47,994 bases of DNA from a virus (Duplodnaviria; Caudoviricetes), in the IMG/VR virus record IMGVR_UViG_3300033067_001069, positions 1 to 47,994 of that record; one strand, 5' to 3'. A program made the position numbers and the translations under genes. The notes beneath the pieces are model-generated. The model ran no database searches and was not told where the DNA came from. It worked only from the letters and a program-made list of their open reading frames with translations. This document shows, piece after piece, positions 37,651 to 45,349 of this stretch; positions within the stretch are counted from its first letter, which is position 1, and the number at the start of each line of letters is the position of its first letter.

Positions 37651-38679
37651 TTAAACAACCTTATACAAGAGTTTTGTTCCGCCAACCAACTTTCTGTTTA
37701 CAGATGTTGACTGAATAAAGATGTCATACTTACCAGTATATGAGGATGGAATAACCTTTATTTCAACTCCACTTGGAAGTCCTAGTAAGTCCCTCGCATC
37801 ATCATCACTATAAATTTTACCAGTAGATACTTCCCTAATTGCTATGGACTTTTGAGCTTGAACTGTTTCTTTCTTAGAAAGTTCGTAAAAGGCATTACCC
37901 TTTACGTATGACTTTCCAAGGTCTTGCTCAACAAAGTCTCTAATCTGGCGACCATCCCAACTATTTGGAATTGCACATTGTACGAATTTATGCGTCACAT
38001 CTTCAACGGTCCTCTTTAGAGTAGTAGGAGAAAAAGATGTGTTTGGCGAGTAGAAGTTAGACACGGCGGTCTTACCCAAACTTCTCGACTTATAATACGT
38101 TGAAATTCCGCCAGAAGTCTTTTCTTCAACTTCCTGAAGCTGTTTCGCCGTTCCATCCCACACCGCCAAATTATCGGCGGAAATTCCGGCGGCGATTAAT
38201 GTATTCCTAATACTTGCAGGGCATCTTACTGTAACCGTGACCGTACCCTTCTTAACCGCGTCCATAATGGTTCGGCCAATACAGCTCTTATACTTCTTAG
38301 ACACGTTTTCTTCACCATCAGTCAAAACTAATATAAGGTGGGCGTCGTTAGAGCCAACTGGCGGCACGTATTCATCAATAGCCGTCCCAATTGAATCATA
38401 TAGGGCGGTCATACCCATGTTTGAATATGTGATTTTATCTAAAACCTTTGAGCTAATATCTGCGTTCTTAACCATACATTGGACGCCGCTACCAAACACA
38501 TATACGGATACACGCGTTGGAATATTATGGGATGCGGAATTTTTCCGTAGTGCCTCAATTTCATTCCGGAATGAAGTGTTAAGTTTTTCGGCCAGAATAT
38601 CCATTGAGCCGCTAAAGTCGAGTACGAATGTAACAGTTTGAGTATTTTGCGGCAGAGCGATTCTTCTTGTGTTTTTCAT
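37651..38679 (-). CDS. von Willebrand factor A domain protein
   Basis: MIDAS DFSGSM, TALYDSIG, LTDGEEN; start M14 preferred. Confidence 0.85.
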   Translation of the reverse strand: MKNTRRIALPQNTQTVTFVLDFSGSMDILAEKLNTSFRNEIEALRKNSASHNIPTRVSVYVFGSGVQCMVKNADISSKVLDKITYSNMGMTALYDSIGTAIDEYVPPVGSNDAHLILVLTDGEENVSKKYKSCIGRTIMDAVKKGTVTVTVRCPASIRNTLIAAGISADNLAVWDGTAKQLQEVEEKTSGGISTYYKSRSLGKTAVSNFYSPNTSFSPTTLKRTVEDVTHKFVQCAIPNSWDGRQIRDFVEQDLGKSYVKGNAFYELSKKETVQAQKSIAIREVSTGKIYSDDDARDLLGLPSGVEIKVIPSSYTGKYDIFIQSTSVNRKLVGGTKLLYKVV

Positions 38680-38692
38680 ATTTTTTTTCCTA

Positions 38693-39211
38693 TTAAGAGT
38701 AGAATGGAGATAGGTCATCTATATCCAAAATAATTTTTCCCGTTTTTCCAATTTCGTAAAATTTCTGATATGTTTTAATGTATGCGTCTCTATATTCTTT
38801 AATTAATTCCTCATAATTAAGACCAGAATAAAACGCCTCACGATATCCTTTAAGGAGAGTACTATTAGATGGATATCTAAATATATTTGATTTAATAGTA
38901 AATTGCGTATTTCTACATATTATTTCTATAGAAACAGAATCATTATTTAATCTAATAGAATAAGTATTCCTAGAGGAATAGGTTGTATATCCTAACATAA
39001 AAATTTCTGAAAAGGCAATAGCAGTACGTTTACTATAGAAGTATTGTAGGCGGCCACTTTTACCCATCATGCTATGACTAATAAGTCCATCCCTTCTAAG
39101 AAGATAGGGAACTAAATTTTTATCATTAATAGTTATATAATATGCAGGTTTATTTTTACGTCTTGCAATATTATAACGAATAATATCTGTATAAATCATA
39201 CACAGCTCCAA
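38693..39211 (-). CDS. hypothetical protein
   Basis: 172 aa ORF. Confidence 0.55.
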   Translation of the reverse strand: MELCMIYTDIIRYNIARRKNKPAYYITINDKNLVPYLLRRDGLISHSMMGKSGRLQYFYSKRTAIAFSEIFMLGYTTYSSRNTYSIRLNNDSVSIEIICRNTQFTIKSNIFRYPSNSTLLKGYREAFYSGLNYEELIKEYRDAYIKTYQKFYEIGKTGKIILDIDDLSPFYS

Positions 39212-39238
39212 ATAAAAAGGCGGGGAATTTACCCCGCC
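39210..39238 (-). terminator. intrinsic terminator after nrdJ
   Basis: GGCGGGG-TAAATT-CCCCGCC followed by TTTTTATTT. Confidence 0.85.
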
Positions 39239-39268
39239 ATAATAAACTATATTCTCATATCCAAAAAA

Positions 39269-41761
39269 TTATGAGCACTTGCTCCAAGAGCATGATTGAC
39301 AAGTTTTGCAACCTTCCTGTCTAACTAATTTTCCAGAGCATTCAGGACATTTCTCATCATCAACAGCGGTTCCATCAGGAATATACTTCTTCAGCACTCT
39401 AGCAATTCCCCTGGCAAAGCTATGTATTTCTTTAGTCTCACCAACCTTCTCAAGTTGTTTCACTACCAAATGCATATCACTGCCGGAACGAAGGAGAGCA
39501 CTCGTCAATCTACTAATGATTTCCTCCATTTCTGACATGGAAGCTGTTATTGGCGATAGTTCTAACTCATTATCAAATACAGCTTTATAGAAGTTATTTC
39601 GTCTTTTAATAATTGTACCAGTCTTAATAGACTTATCCAGAATTCCATTCCTACATGCAAACACTTCGTACGGAACGCCCTCATTTAGTCCAACTAACAC
39701 TAAATACTGAATACCGCCAACTGTTACGTGGTGAACATCACATGGTAATTCTTTAGGACGTTCGGAAATATTTTTCTTTACTGGTTCAGTTTTCTCAACT
39801 AAAACTCCACTCCTACATCCATCACGGTAGATGGTCATACCTTTACAACCGCTCTTGAAAGCCGCAATATATATTTTGGATACTTCTTCTTCAGTTACAG
39901 AATTTGGTAGATTTATTGTTGAACTAATTGCATGGCAAACATGCTTTTGAGCGGCGGCTTGCAGTCGTACCCTATTCACCCAATTAATATCGTTGGACGT
40001 ACAACCGTACCAAGGAGACTCTTTTAAATCTGTTTTACCAGACACTTTCATCCATTTCAATACTGTTGGGTGATATACCTGGAATTCTTGCCATTTATCA
40101 CCAAGTTTATCGACAAAGTCAACTCTAGTATTTCCATCATTTGAATTTATCTTTTTTCTCCTAATATAGGGCTCTAATCTAAATAGAGGCTCTATACCTG
40201 AAGTGGTTTGAGTGAGGATTGAAACTGTGCCTGTTGGAGCGGTAGTTAATAATGCAACATTACGTCGTCCTACCCTCTTCATCTTATTAAGAATTTCTGT
40301 ACCTGTAGGAAAATATTTAATTACTTCAGTATAAGAAGGTAAGTCAGTAAGTCCAATATACTTACGCAAATCAATATCTTCCATATCAAGTCTCTTTAAA
40401 AAGAGACAGTCCTTTTCTAACTCATTATTCCATCCAATAAAGTGTCCCAATTCTTCAGCCATATCAACTGATGATGCGTAACATCCATGTTTAAGAGCCA
40501 TATAAACTTCATCAACAAATTCTATCGCTTCCTCCGAAGCGTATGGAATATTAAGCGCGGCTAACATATCACCAAATGCGGTGATGCCGGTACCAGTTCT
40601 CCTACCTTCATTATTTGTTTTTAATATACGTTCCCACATCTCGCGTTCGGAGCGCTTTGTTTCTGGAGACTCGGGGTCATTATCAATTTTTTCTAAGATT
40701 GATAGAATCTTCTCTGCTTCCAAATCTACCATATCATCCATTAATCTTTGAGCAATATATGAATGATATACAAATTTCCCGAAGTTGAATGAGGCAAACT
40801 CTGTGAATGGATTATCCACATAAGATAGAAGATTTAAACATAATAGTCTACATGAATCCAGACTACACATGGTAATCTCCCCGCAAGGGTTGGCTGATAC
40901 ACTTCTATATCTATCATAACAATCTGCTGGTCCAGCCATGATATTATCCCACATCATAAGACCGGGTTCTGCTCTTAACCATGCAGACTTAATAATTGTA
41001 TTCCAAACCTCTTTTGCAGAAACCATTTTACTTACTTTTGGCGAAGAATGGTCATCACATGGCCATCTTAATTCGTATTTCTCATCTTTTTCCAGAGCAT
41101 CTAAAAATTCCTTAGATAAACGAATTGATATATTCGCTCCGGTAACTTCAGTATCATCATTCTTAATCGTAGCAAATTTAAGTATATCTGGATGATGGAC
41201 ACTTAATGTGAGCATAAGTGCTCCGCGTCTACCAGCCTGTCCAACTTCCCTAATACTGTTTGAGTATCGACGCATCCAACTTACAATACCAGTTGATGTT
41301 CTGGAAGCATTATTAGTTACTGTGCCTTCAGGACGAAGTTTAGATAAATCTATCCCAACACCACCGCGACGTTTTGAAATATTAACTAATTGCTTATCTA
41401 TATCTAAGATACTATTGTATGAATCATCTGGTACATCCAACACGTAACAATTTGATAAACTTACTATTTGAAAATTATTACCAATTCCAAACATTGGAGA
41501 ACCCTGCGGAATTATATACTTAAAATCCTTAAATAGAGAATATATAAATTCTTCAGAATATGGTTTTTTAAATTTTCCTTTTTCTATTCTTGCAAATTCC
41601 CGCGCTAAACGTCTATGCATATCATCGGGAGTCAACTCGTATATATTATTTTTACTATCTCTTAATGCATATTTATCAACAAATACTTTCGCTGCTAAAT
41701 CATCGCCATTGAAATATTCAGTGGAGGCTTCTAGTACCTCATCATACGAATATACTTTCAT
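39269..41761 (-). CDS. nrdJ: class II (B12-dependent) ribonucleotide reductase with C-terminal Zn ribbon
   Basis: SLSNCYV, RRGALM, NPCGEI, APTGT, TSGIEP, GCKGMTIYRDG, CPEC..CQSCSWSKC; no adjacent small subunit. Confidence 0.92.
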   Translation of the reverse strand: MKVYSYDEVLEASTEYFNGDDLAAKVFVDKYALRDSKNNIYELTPDDMHRRLAREFARIEKGKFKKPYSEEFIYSLFKDFKYIIPQGSPMFGIGNNFQIVSLSNCYVLDVPDDSYNSILDIDKQLVNISKRRGGVGIDLSKLRPEGTVTNNASRTSTGIVSWMRRYSNSIREVGQAGRRGALMLTLSVHHPDILKFATIKNDDTEVTGANISIRLSKEFLDALEKDEKYELRWPCDDHSSPKVSKMVSAKEVWNTIIKSAWLRAEPGLMMWDNIMAGPADCYDRYRSVSANPCGEITMCSLDSCRLLCLNLLSYVDNPFTEFASFNFGKFVYHSYIAQRLMDDMVDLEAEKILSILEKIDNDPESPETKRSEREMWERILKTNNEGRRTGTGITAFGDMLAALNIPYASEEAIEFVDEVYMALKHGCYASSVDMAEELGHFIGWNNELEKDCLFLKRLDMEDIDLRKYIGLTDLPSYTEVIKYFPTGTEILNKMKRVGRRNVALLTTAPTGTVSILTQTTSGIEPLFRLEPYIRRKKINSNDGNTRVDFVDKLGDKWQEFQVYHPTVLKWMKVSGKTDLKESPWYGCTSNDINWVNRVRLQAAAQKHVCHAISSTINLPNSVTEEEVSKIYIAAFKSGCKGMTIYRDGCRSGVLVEKTEPVKKNISERPKELPCDVHHVTVGGIQYLVLVGLNEGVPYEVFACRNGILDKSIKTGTIIKRRNNFYKAVFDNELELSPITASMSEMEEIISRLTSALLRSGSDMHLVVKQLEKVGETKEIHSFARGIARVLKKYIPDGTAVDDEKCPECSGKLVRQEGCKTCQSCSWSKCS

Positions 41762-41802
41762 TTCTATCTCCTATGGGTGAAACATGTTCACCGTCATAAA
41801 TG

Positions 41803-41823
41803 AATAAAGGGCCTTCGTGGCCC
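41803..41823 (-). terminator. putative intrinsic terminator
   Basis: GGGCC-ACGAA-GGCCC followed by TTTATT. Confidence 0.5.
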
Positions 41824-41873
41824 GTAAAATTTAAATCACGTTGCTTAATATTTTTATTCAAGTATAACTATTT

Positions 41874-42356
41874 TTACAACATAGGATGTAGAATTTTAAA
41901 AAAGTTAAAAATCTCTTCTACATCTATAAAATTCATAGATATTAAATTTAAAAATCTAAGAATATTTCTCGTTTCCATTTCGTCTTCTACCATTTTAGGT
42001 GTAGACCAATTTGTATAATATATATACTTAATCCCAGCTTGGATTAATGACTGTGTACAGTGAACACAGGGCTGTCCACTAATATAGGCAATTCCATTAA
42101 TTGTAGACTTTCCCATCCTAGCACAATTCAAAAGTGCATTCATTTCACCGTGAATCATAAATGGGTATTTTTCCGGCCTAACATTTGGAAGAAGGGTAGG
42201 ATTCGCACCCCTAATAAAACCATTAAAGCCAGTTGAAAGAATTGTATGGTCGGCGGTTGTCAACACACACCCACATTTAGTTTGGGCGTCGTCGCTTCTC
42301 ATAGCCACGATAATACTCATCATCAAATGAGTCTGTATCCATGTCGGCCTTTCCAC
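41874..42356 (-). CDS. dCMP deaminase
   Basis: RPTW, TGFNG, HGEMNA, PCVHC; GTG 42356 with GAGG RBS. Confidence 0.9.
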   Translation of the reverse strand: MERPTWIQTHLMMSIIVAMRSDDAQTKCGCVLTTADHTILSTGFNGFIRGANPTLLPNVRPEKYPFMIHGEMNALLNCARMGKSTINGIAYISGQPCVHCTQSLIQAGIKYIYYTNWSTPKMVEDEMETRNILRFLNLISMNFIDVEEIFNFFKILHPML

Positions 42357-42489
42357 TTCTATCCTCTCGCCTATTACGGGGAGTTTGTTCCCACTCATCG
42401 TCATGTACTTCCCGTTTATGTCTTTGTAGGCGTCCATTCTTCAGTCTCTCTTTATCTTTCTTGGATAAGCCCCTATATGTTCTACCCAT
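42277..42489 (-). CDS. small charged hypothetical protein
   Basis: MGRTYR.. start overlaps the upstream stop. Confidence 0.45.
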   Translation of the reverse strand: MGRTYRGLSKKDKERLKNGRLQRHKREVHDDEWEQTPRNRREDRSGKADMDTDSFDDEYYRGYEKRRRPN

Positions 42490-43303
42490 TTTCCCGCACC
42501 ATACTAAATTTTACCTCTTGATGACAACCAACGAAATGTTCCTCCATAACTTTTAGGAGGTCTATCTTAAAACCATCCAGATACAATGAATTAAGATACT
42601 CTATAGAGTATCCAAAAGTTTCTCCGCTCCGCGTTATTCCAGACATATTATTGCAGGGAATATTAACAGCCACGGATTCCTTAAAAGATTTAATAGAAGA
42701 AAAGTGTAAGCGGGCGCCCACTAAAATCGCCTCTAACTCATTCGTGTTTTTGAATGTTCGGCCGCCCAATATACCCTGTATTTTTTTCCTATTAAATATA
42801 TGTAGGTCTAGCCCACCTGGATACCCATAGTTAGATGATGGATGATAGTCCAGTGGATTCCAAGATATTGTCGGAATTCCATCTAATATTCCCCTACTAT
42901 ATCTATTTAGTGGAGTTTGGACAAGTCCTCTATATGGGTCTTGAACTATTGTATTAAGTCCAAGCCGTAAAGAAAAGACATCGCCCTCATTTAAAGATAG
43001 TCCATCCAAAGAGAATGTCTTGAAGCAAACAGTGTCGTCCGTAGAGAAGGCGATGTTTTGATGGTCGGTATTAAGAGCGGCGACCGTGTCCTTATGGAAG
43101 GCTTCTTCCTTAGTGAATATAACCTTTCCAAAAATACTGTTTACTTTTCGATAGGCGTCGTTGAATGATTCATTCGACGCTCTATATATTACCTCAATAT
43201 CAAGTTGGTCGTTTTTAGATAGACTAAGCGTTTCCAAACTTTCCAATAATAGATGGAGTTGGCAGGCTCGGTCTTTTGACCAAACAATTAATTTAGTGTC
43301 CAT
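42482..43303 (-). CDS. glycosyltransferase-like (GT-A) protein
   Basis: SKDRACQLHLLLES, FSTDD, FSLRLG, YGYP. Confidence 0.6.
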   Translation of the reverse strand: MDTKLIVWSKDRACQLHLLLESLETLSLSKNDQLDIEVIYRASNESFNDAYRKVNSIFGKVIFTKEEAFHKDTVAALNTDHQNIAFSTDDTVCFKTFSLDGLSLNEGDVFSLRLGLNTIVQDPYRGLVQTPLNRYSRGILDGIPTISWNPLDYHPSSNYGYPGGLDLHIFNRKKIQGILGGRTFKNTNELEAILVGARLHFSSIKSFKESVAVNIPCNNMSGITRSGETFGYSIEYLNSLYLDGFKIDLLKVMEEHFVGCHQEVKFSMVRENG

Positions 43304-43448
43304 AAAATTCCTCAGTTTTTACAACTGAAACACCTGCTAAAAAAGATAGATATAGCTTATTGTCCATATCAATTTCAAGGTTTGGTTCTCGGCAAAATTT
43401 CTCCAGGAACCATTTAGTGAAGTATCTGTGAATCATACTGTCATTCAT
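43293..43448 (-). CDS. 51 aa hypothetical protein (not in the ORF track)
   Basis: MNDSMIHRYFTKW..EEFYGH*, fills the gap and overlaps the next start. Confidence 0.45.
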   Translation of the reverse strand: MNDSMIHRYFTKWFLEKFCREPNLEIDMDNKLYLSFLAGVSVVKTEEFYGH

Positions 43449-43466
43449 AGGTTTTAATCAGCTTCC

Positions 43467-43670
43467 TTAAATCATATTTCTTCTACTTAAAGCCTTACGG
43501 GCTAATGTCTTAGCCTTTCTGGTTCCATTAGTGCGAAGCAACTTACGTACTTCTCCGGCACCGTTAGTAAAGGCGGCGGCCCCACTAATTTGGCGGTAAG
43601 TCCCTCCCTTAACAAATTTTTCCAATTCAGTACTTCCAACATTCTTAACAATCTTATCCCAGTTAATCAT
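43467..43670 (-). CDS. small basic hypothetical protein
   Basis: 67 aa ORF with GGAG RBS. Confidence 0.6.
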   Translation of the reverse strand: MINWDKIVKNVGSTELEKFVKGGTYRQISGAAAFTNGAGEVRKLLRTNGTRKAKTLARKALSRRNMI

Positions 43671-43699
43671 CTTTCAGTCTCCATATATATTTCATATAC

Positions 43700-43729
43700 A
43701 AAAAAAAGAATGGATACATTTTCCATTCT
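43700..43729 (-). terminator. intrinsic terminator ending the tRNA operon
   Basis: AGAATGGA..TCCATTCT stem followed by a T run. Confidence 0.75.
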
Positions 43730-43732
43730 AGG

Positions 43733-43811
43733 AGTCTACGCCAGGAGTCGAACCTATAACCAGAAGTTTTGCAGACTTCCGTCCCACCCTGAGACTTTAG
43801 ATAACGTAGAC
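43733..43811 (-). tRNA. tRNA-Cys(GCA), atypical D region
   Basis: Acceptor GTCTACG/CGTAGAC, U73, GAAGT-CTGCAAA-ACTTC, GGTTCGACTCC. Confidence 0.75.
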
Positions 43812-43815
43812 ATAG

Positions 43816-43886
43816 TGCGGATAGCCAGAGTTGAACTGGCGCGTAAACCTTGGCAAGGTCTCATGCTACCGTAACATCTTATCCGC
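43816..43886 (-). tRNA. tRNA-Gly(GCC)
   Basis: GCGGATA/TATCCGC, AGACC-TTGCCAA-GGTTT, GCCAG-TTCAACT-CTGGC. Confidence 0.9.
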
Positions 43887-43907
43887 ATATGGGTAGTAAA
43901 CTACCAG

Positions 43908-43978
43908 TGCGAGTACGGGTAATTGAAACCCGTCGTTCTGCTTGGAAGGCAGACATGCTACCGTAACATCTTACTCGC
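43908..43978 (-). tRNA. tRNA-Gly(TCC)
   Basis: GCGAGTA/TACTCGC, TCTGC-CTTCCAA-GCAGA, CGGGT-TTCAATT-ACCCG. Confidence 0.9.
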
Positions 43979-44010
43979 GTGGAGGAACATATTCCTATAT
44001 TCCAAAAATC

Positions 44011-44068
44011 TGACTACATTATTTTGCTTTTCTGATATGAAAAAATAAAAATTTTGCTGGAGTAGTCA
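44011..44068 (-). ncRNA. CAGCAA stem element A
   Basis: TGACTAC-TC-CAGCAAAA-(AU-rich stem)-TAAT-GTAGTCA. Confidence 0.6.
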
Positions 44069-44071
44069 AGG

Positions 44072-44142
44072 CAGGTCATCGAGGAATCGAACCCCGGTCT
44101 TTGATTTTGGAGACCAACATAATACCACTATACCAATGACCT
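44072..44142 (-). tRNA. tRNA-Trp(CCA)
   Basis: AGGTCAT/ATGACCT, G73, TTGGT-CTCCAAA-ATCAA, GGTTCGATTCC. Confidence 0.92.
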
Positions 44143-44174
44143 ATAGGAAGATTCATTAAATCTTCCACACTTAT

Positions 44175-44202
44175 ATTATACGCCGTTTTAATGGCTAGAC
44201 AA
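44175..44202 (-). promoter_or_regulatory. sigma70-like promoter for the Trp-Gly-Gly-Cys tRNA operon
   Basis: TTGTCT-16 nt-TATAAT. Confidence 0.6.
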
Positions 44203-44676
44203 CTAGTCGTGTCTATAATCTTTAACTCTGTAGCTTCCATCTCTTCTAATCACTATAAGTCCTTCTCCATACACACTTTCAAGTATGGTCTCGGAGATAC
44301 TATAGAGTATTTTGGAAGCTTTTTCTGTAATCTCATCTAAAACTTTAAGATTTGGACATCCTGTTTCTTCTACAAAGTCATCTAAATCAGTACCAGCACC
44401 ATCATCGGCAGTCATTCCATTTACTCTAATATGGTACTCGTCCAGATTAGCACTAAAATTACATGGGTCGCCATCATTAAAGTATGGTGTATATTGAGGC
44501 CATCCTACATTATCAACAAACGGATATTCCTGGAATATTCCCTTGTCCAACATCTGGAATATTTCATTATGGAGGTCGGCGCCATGATTACTTAAAATCC
44601 GATTCCTTGCATCCTCTAATCTATCAATCTCAGCAATTAGGGATGGAACTGAAATATCTTTTTTTTCTTCACTCAT
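44203..44676 (-). CDS. acidic hypothetical phage protein, paralog 1
   Basis: VGWPQYTPYFNDGDPC motif shared with the neighbour. Confidence 0.7.
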   Translation of the reverse strand: MSEEKKDISVPSLIAEIDRLEDARNRILSNHGADLHNEIFQMLDKGIFQEYPFVDNVGWPQYTPYFNDGDPCNFSANLDEYHIRVNGMTADDGAGTDLDDFVEETGCPNLKVLDEITEKASKILYSISETILESVYGEGLIVIRRDGSYRVKDYRHD

Positions 44677-45076
44677 GGTCGTAATCCTCAACCTCAAAAG
44701 AACCATCTCTCTTAATAATAACTAGCCCTTCATCGTAAATGGTCTCAAGAATACGAGGAGATAGCTTATCAATTATATCAGATACGTATTCTCTAACATC
44801 TTCGTGTTTTGCCAATTCCTCATCATCTAAATCATATCCATACTCATCATTAACGTATATGGAATATGGGTCAGAATTTACCCCAAAATAACATGGCTCA
44901 CCATCATTAAAATATGGGGTATATTGTGTCCATCCGACACTTTCAACATCTGGAAATTTTTTGAAAACACTCTCATCAATTAACTTAAAAAGTTCTGCAT
45001 GAACTTCTTTCCTACCATTATTCAGCACTGCATTCATTTCTTTTTCTAGTGCGGAAATTTTCTCAATAAGTGACAT
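44669..45076 (-). CDS. acidic hypothetical phage protein, paralog 2
   Basis: VGWTQYTPYFNDGEPC motif; GLVIIKRDGS. Confidence 0.7.
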   Translation of the reverse strand: MSLIEKISALEKEMNAVLNNGRKEVHAELFKLIDESVFKKFPDVESVGWTQYTPYFNDGEPCYFGVNSDPYSIYVNDEYGYDLDDEELAKHEDVREYVSDIIDKLSPRILETIYDEGLVIIKRDGSFEVEDYDHE

Positions 45077-45121
45077 AAAGACTCCAGAAAATAAGGAAAC
45101 ATATAAAATTCAAAAACTATG

Positions 45122-45192
45122 TAGGCCACGGACGAATCGAACATCCGCCAATTGGGTCAAAGCCAACTGTACTACCACTATACGAGTGGCCT
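45122..45192 (-). tRNA. tRNA-Gln(TTG)
   Basis: AGGCCAC/GTGGCCT, GTTGG-CTTTGAC-CCAAT, GGATG-TTCGATT-CGTCC. Confidence 0.88.
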
Positions 45193-45206
45193 GTTAAATT
45201 TCTAAG

Positions 45207-45323
45207 CGCGTAACTAAGGATTCGAACCTTAAATTGCAGGTTGGATTTAAAGTGTGTTTTGCTGAGGGCGACAACTGCCGCCACTACTTTTGCCCGCTGT
45301 GTTCCCAGTTACACTAATTACGC
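45207..45323 (-). ncRNA. tRNA-Gly-like RNA with a 52-nt structured anticodon loop carrying CAGCAA element D
   Basis: Acceptor GCGTAAT/GTTACGC, D arm GTGT..ACAC, anticodon stem GCGGG/CCTGC, T arm TAAGG-TTCGAAT-CCTTA. Confidence 0.8.
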
Positions 45324-45349
45324 GTGGGGAATATTCCCCTCCTTATTCC

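Noticed and set aside
39269-41761. Intein or intron in nrdJ
   Set aside because: Continuous ORF of ordinary length with no splicing motifs seen
45241-45292. Group I intron in the anticodon loop
   Set aside because: Insert is ~45 nt, far too short for a group I catalytic core
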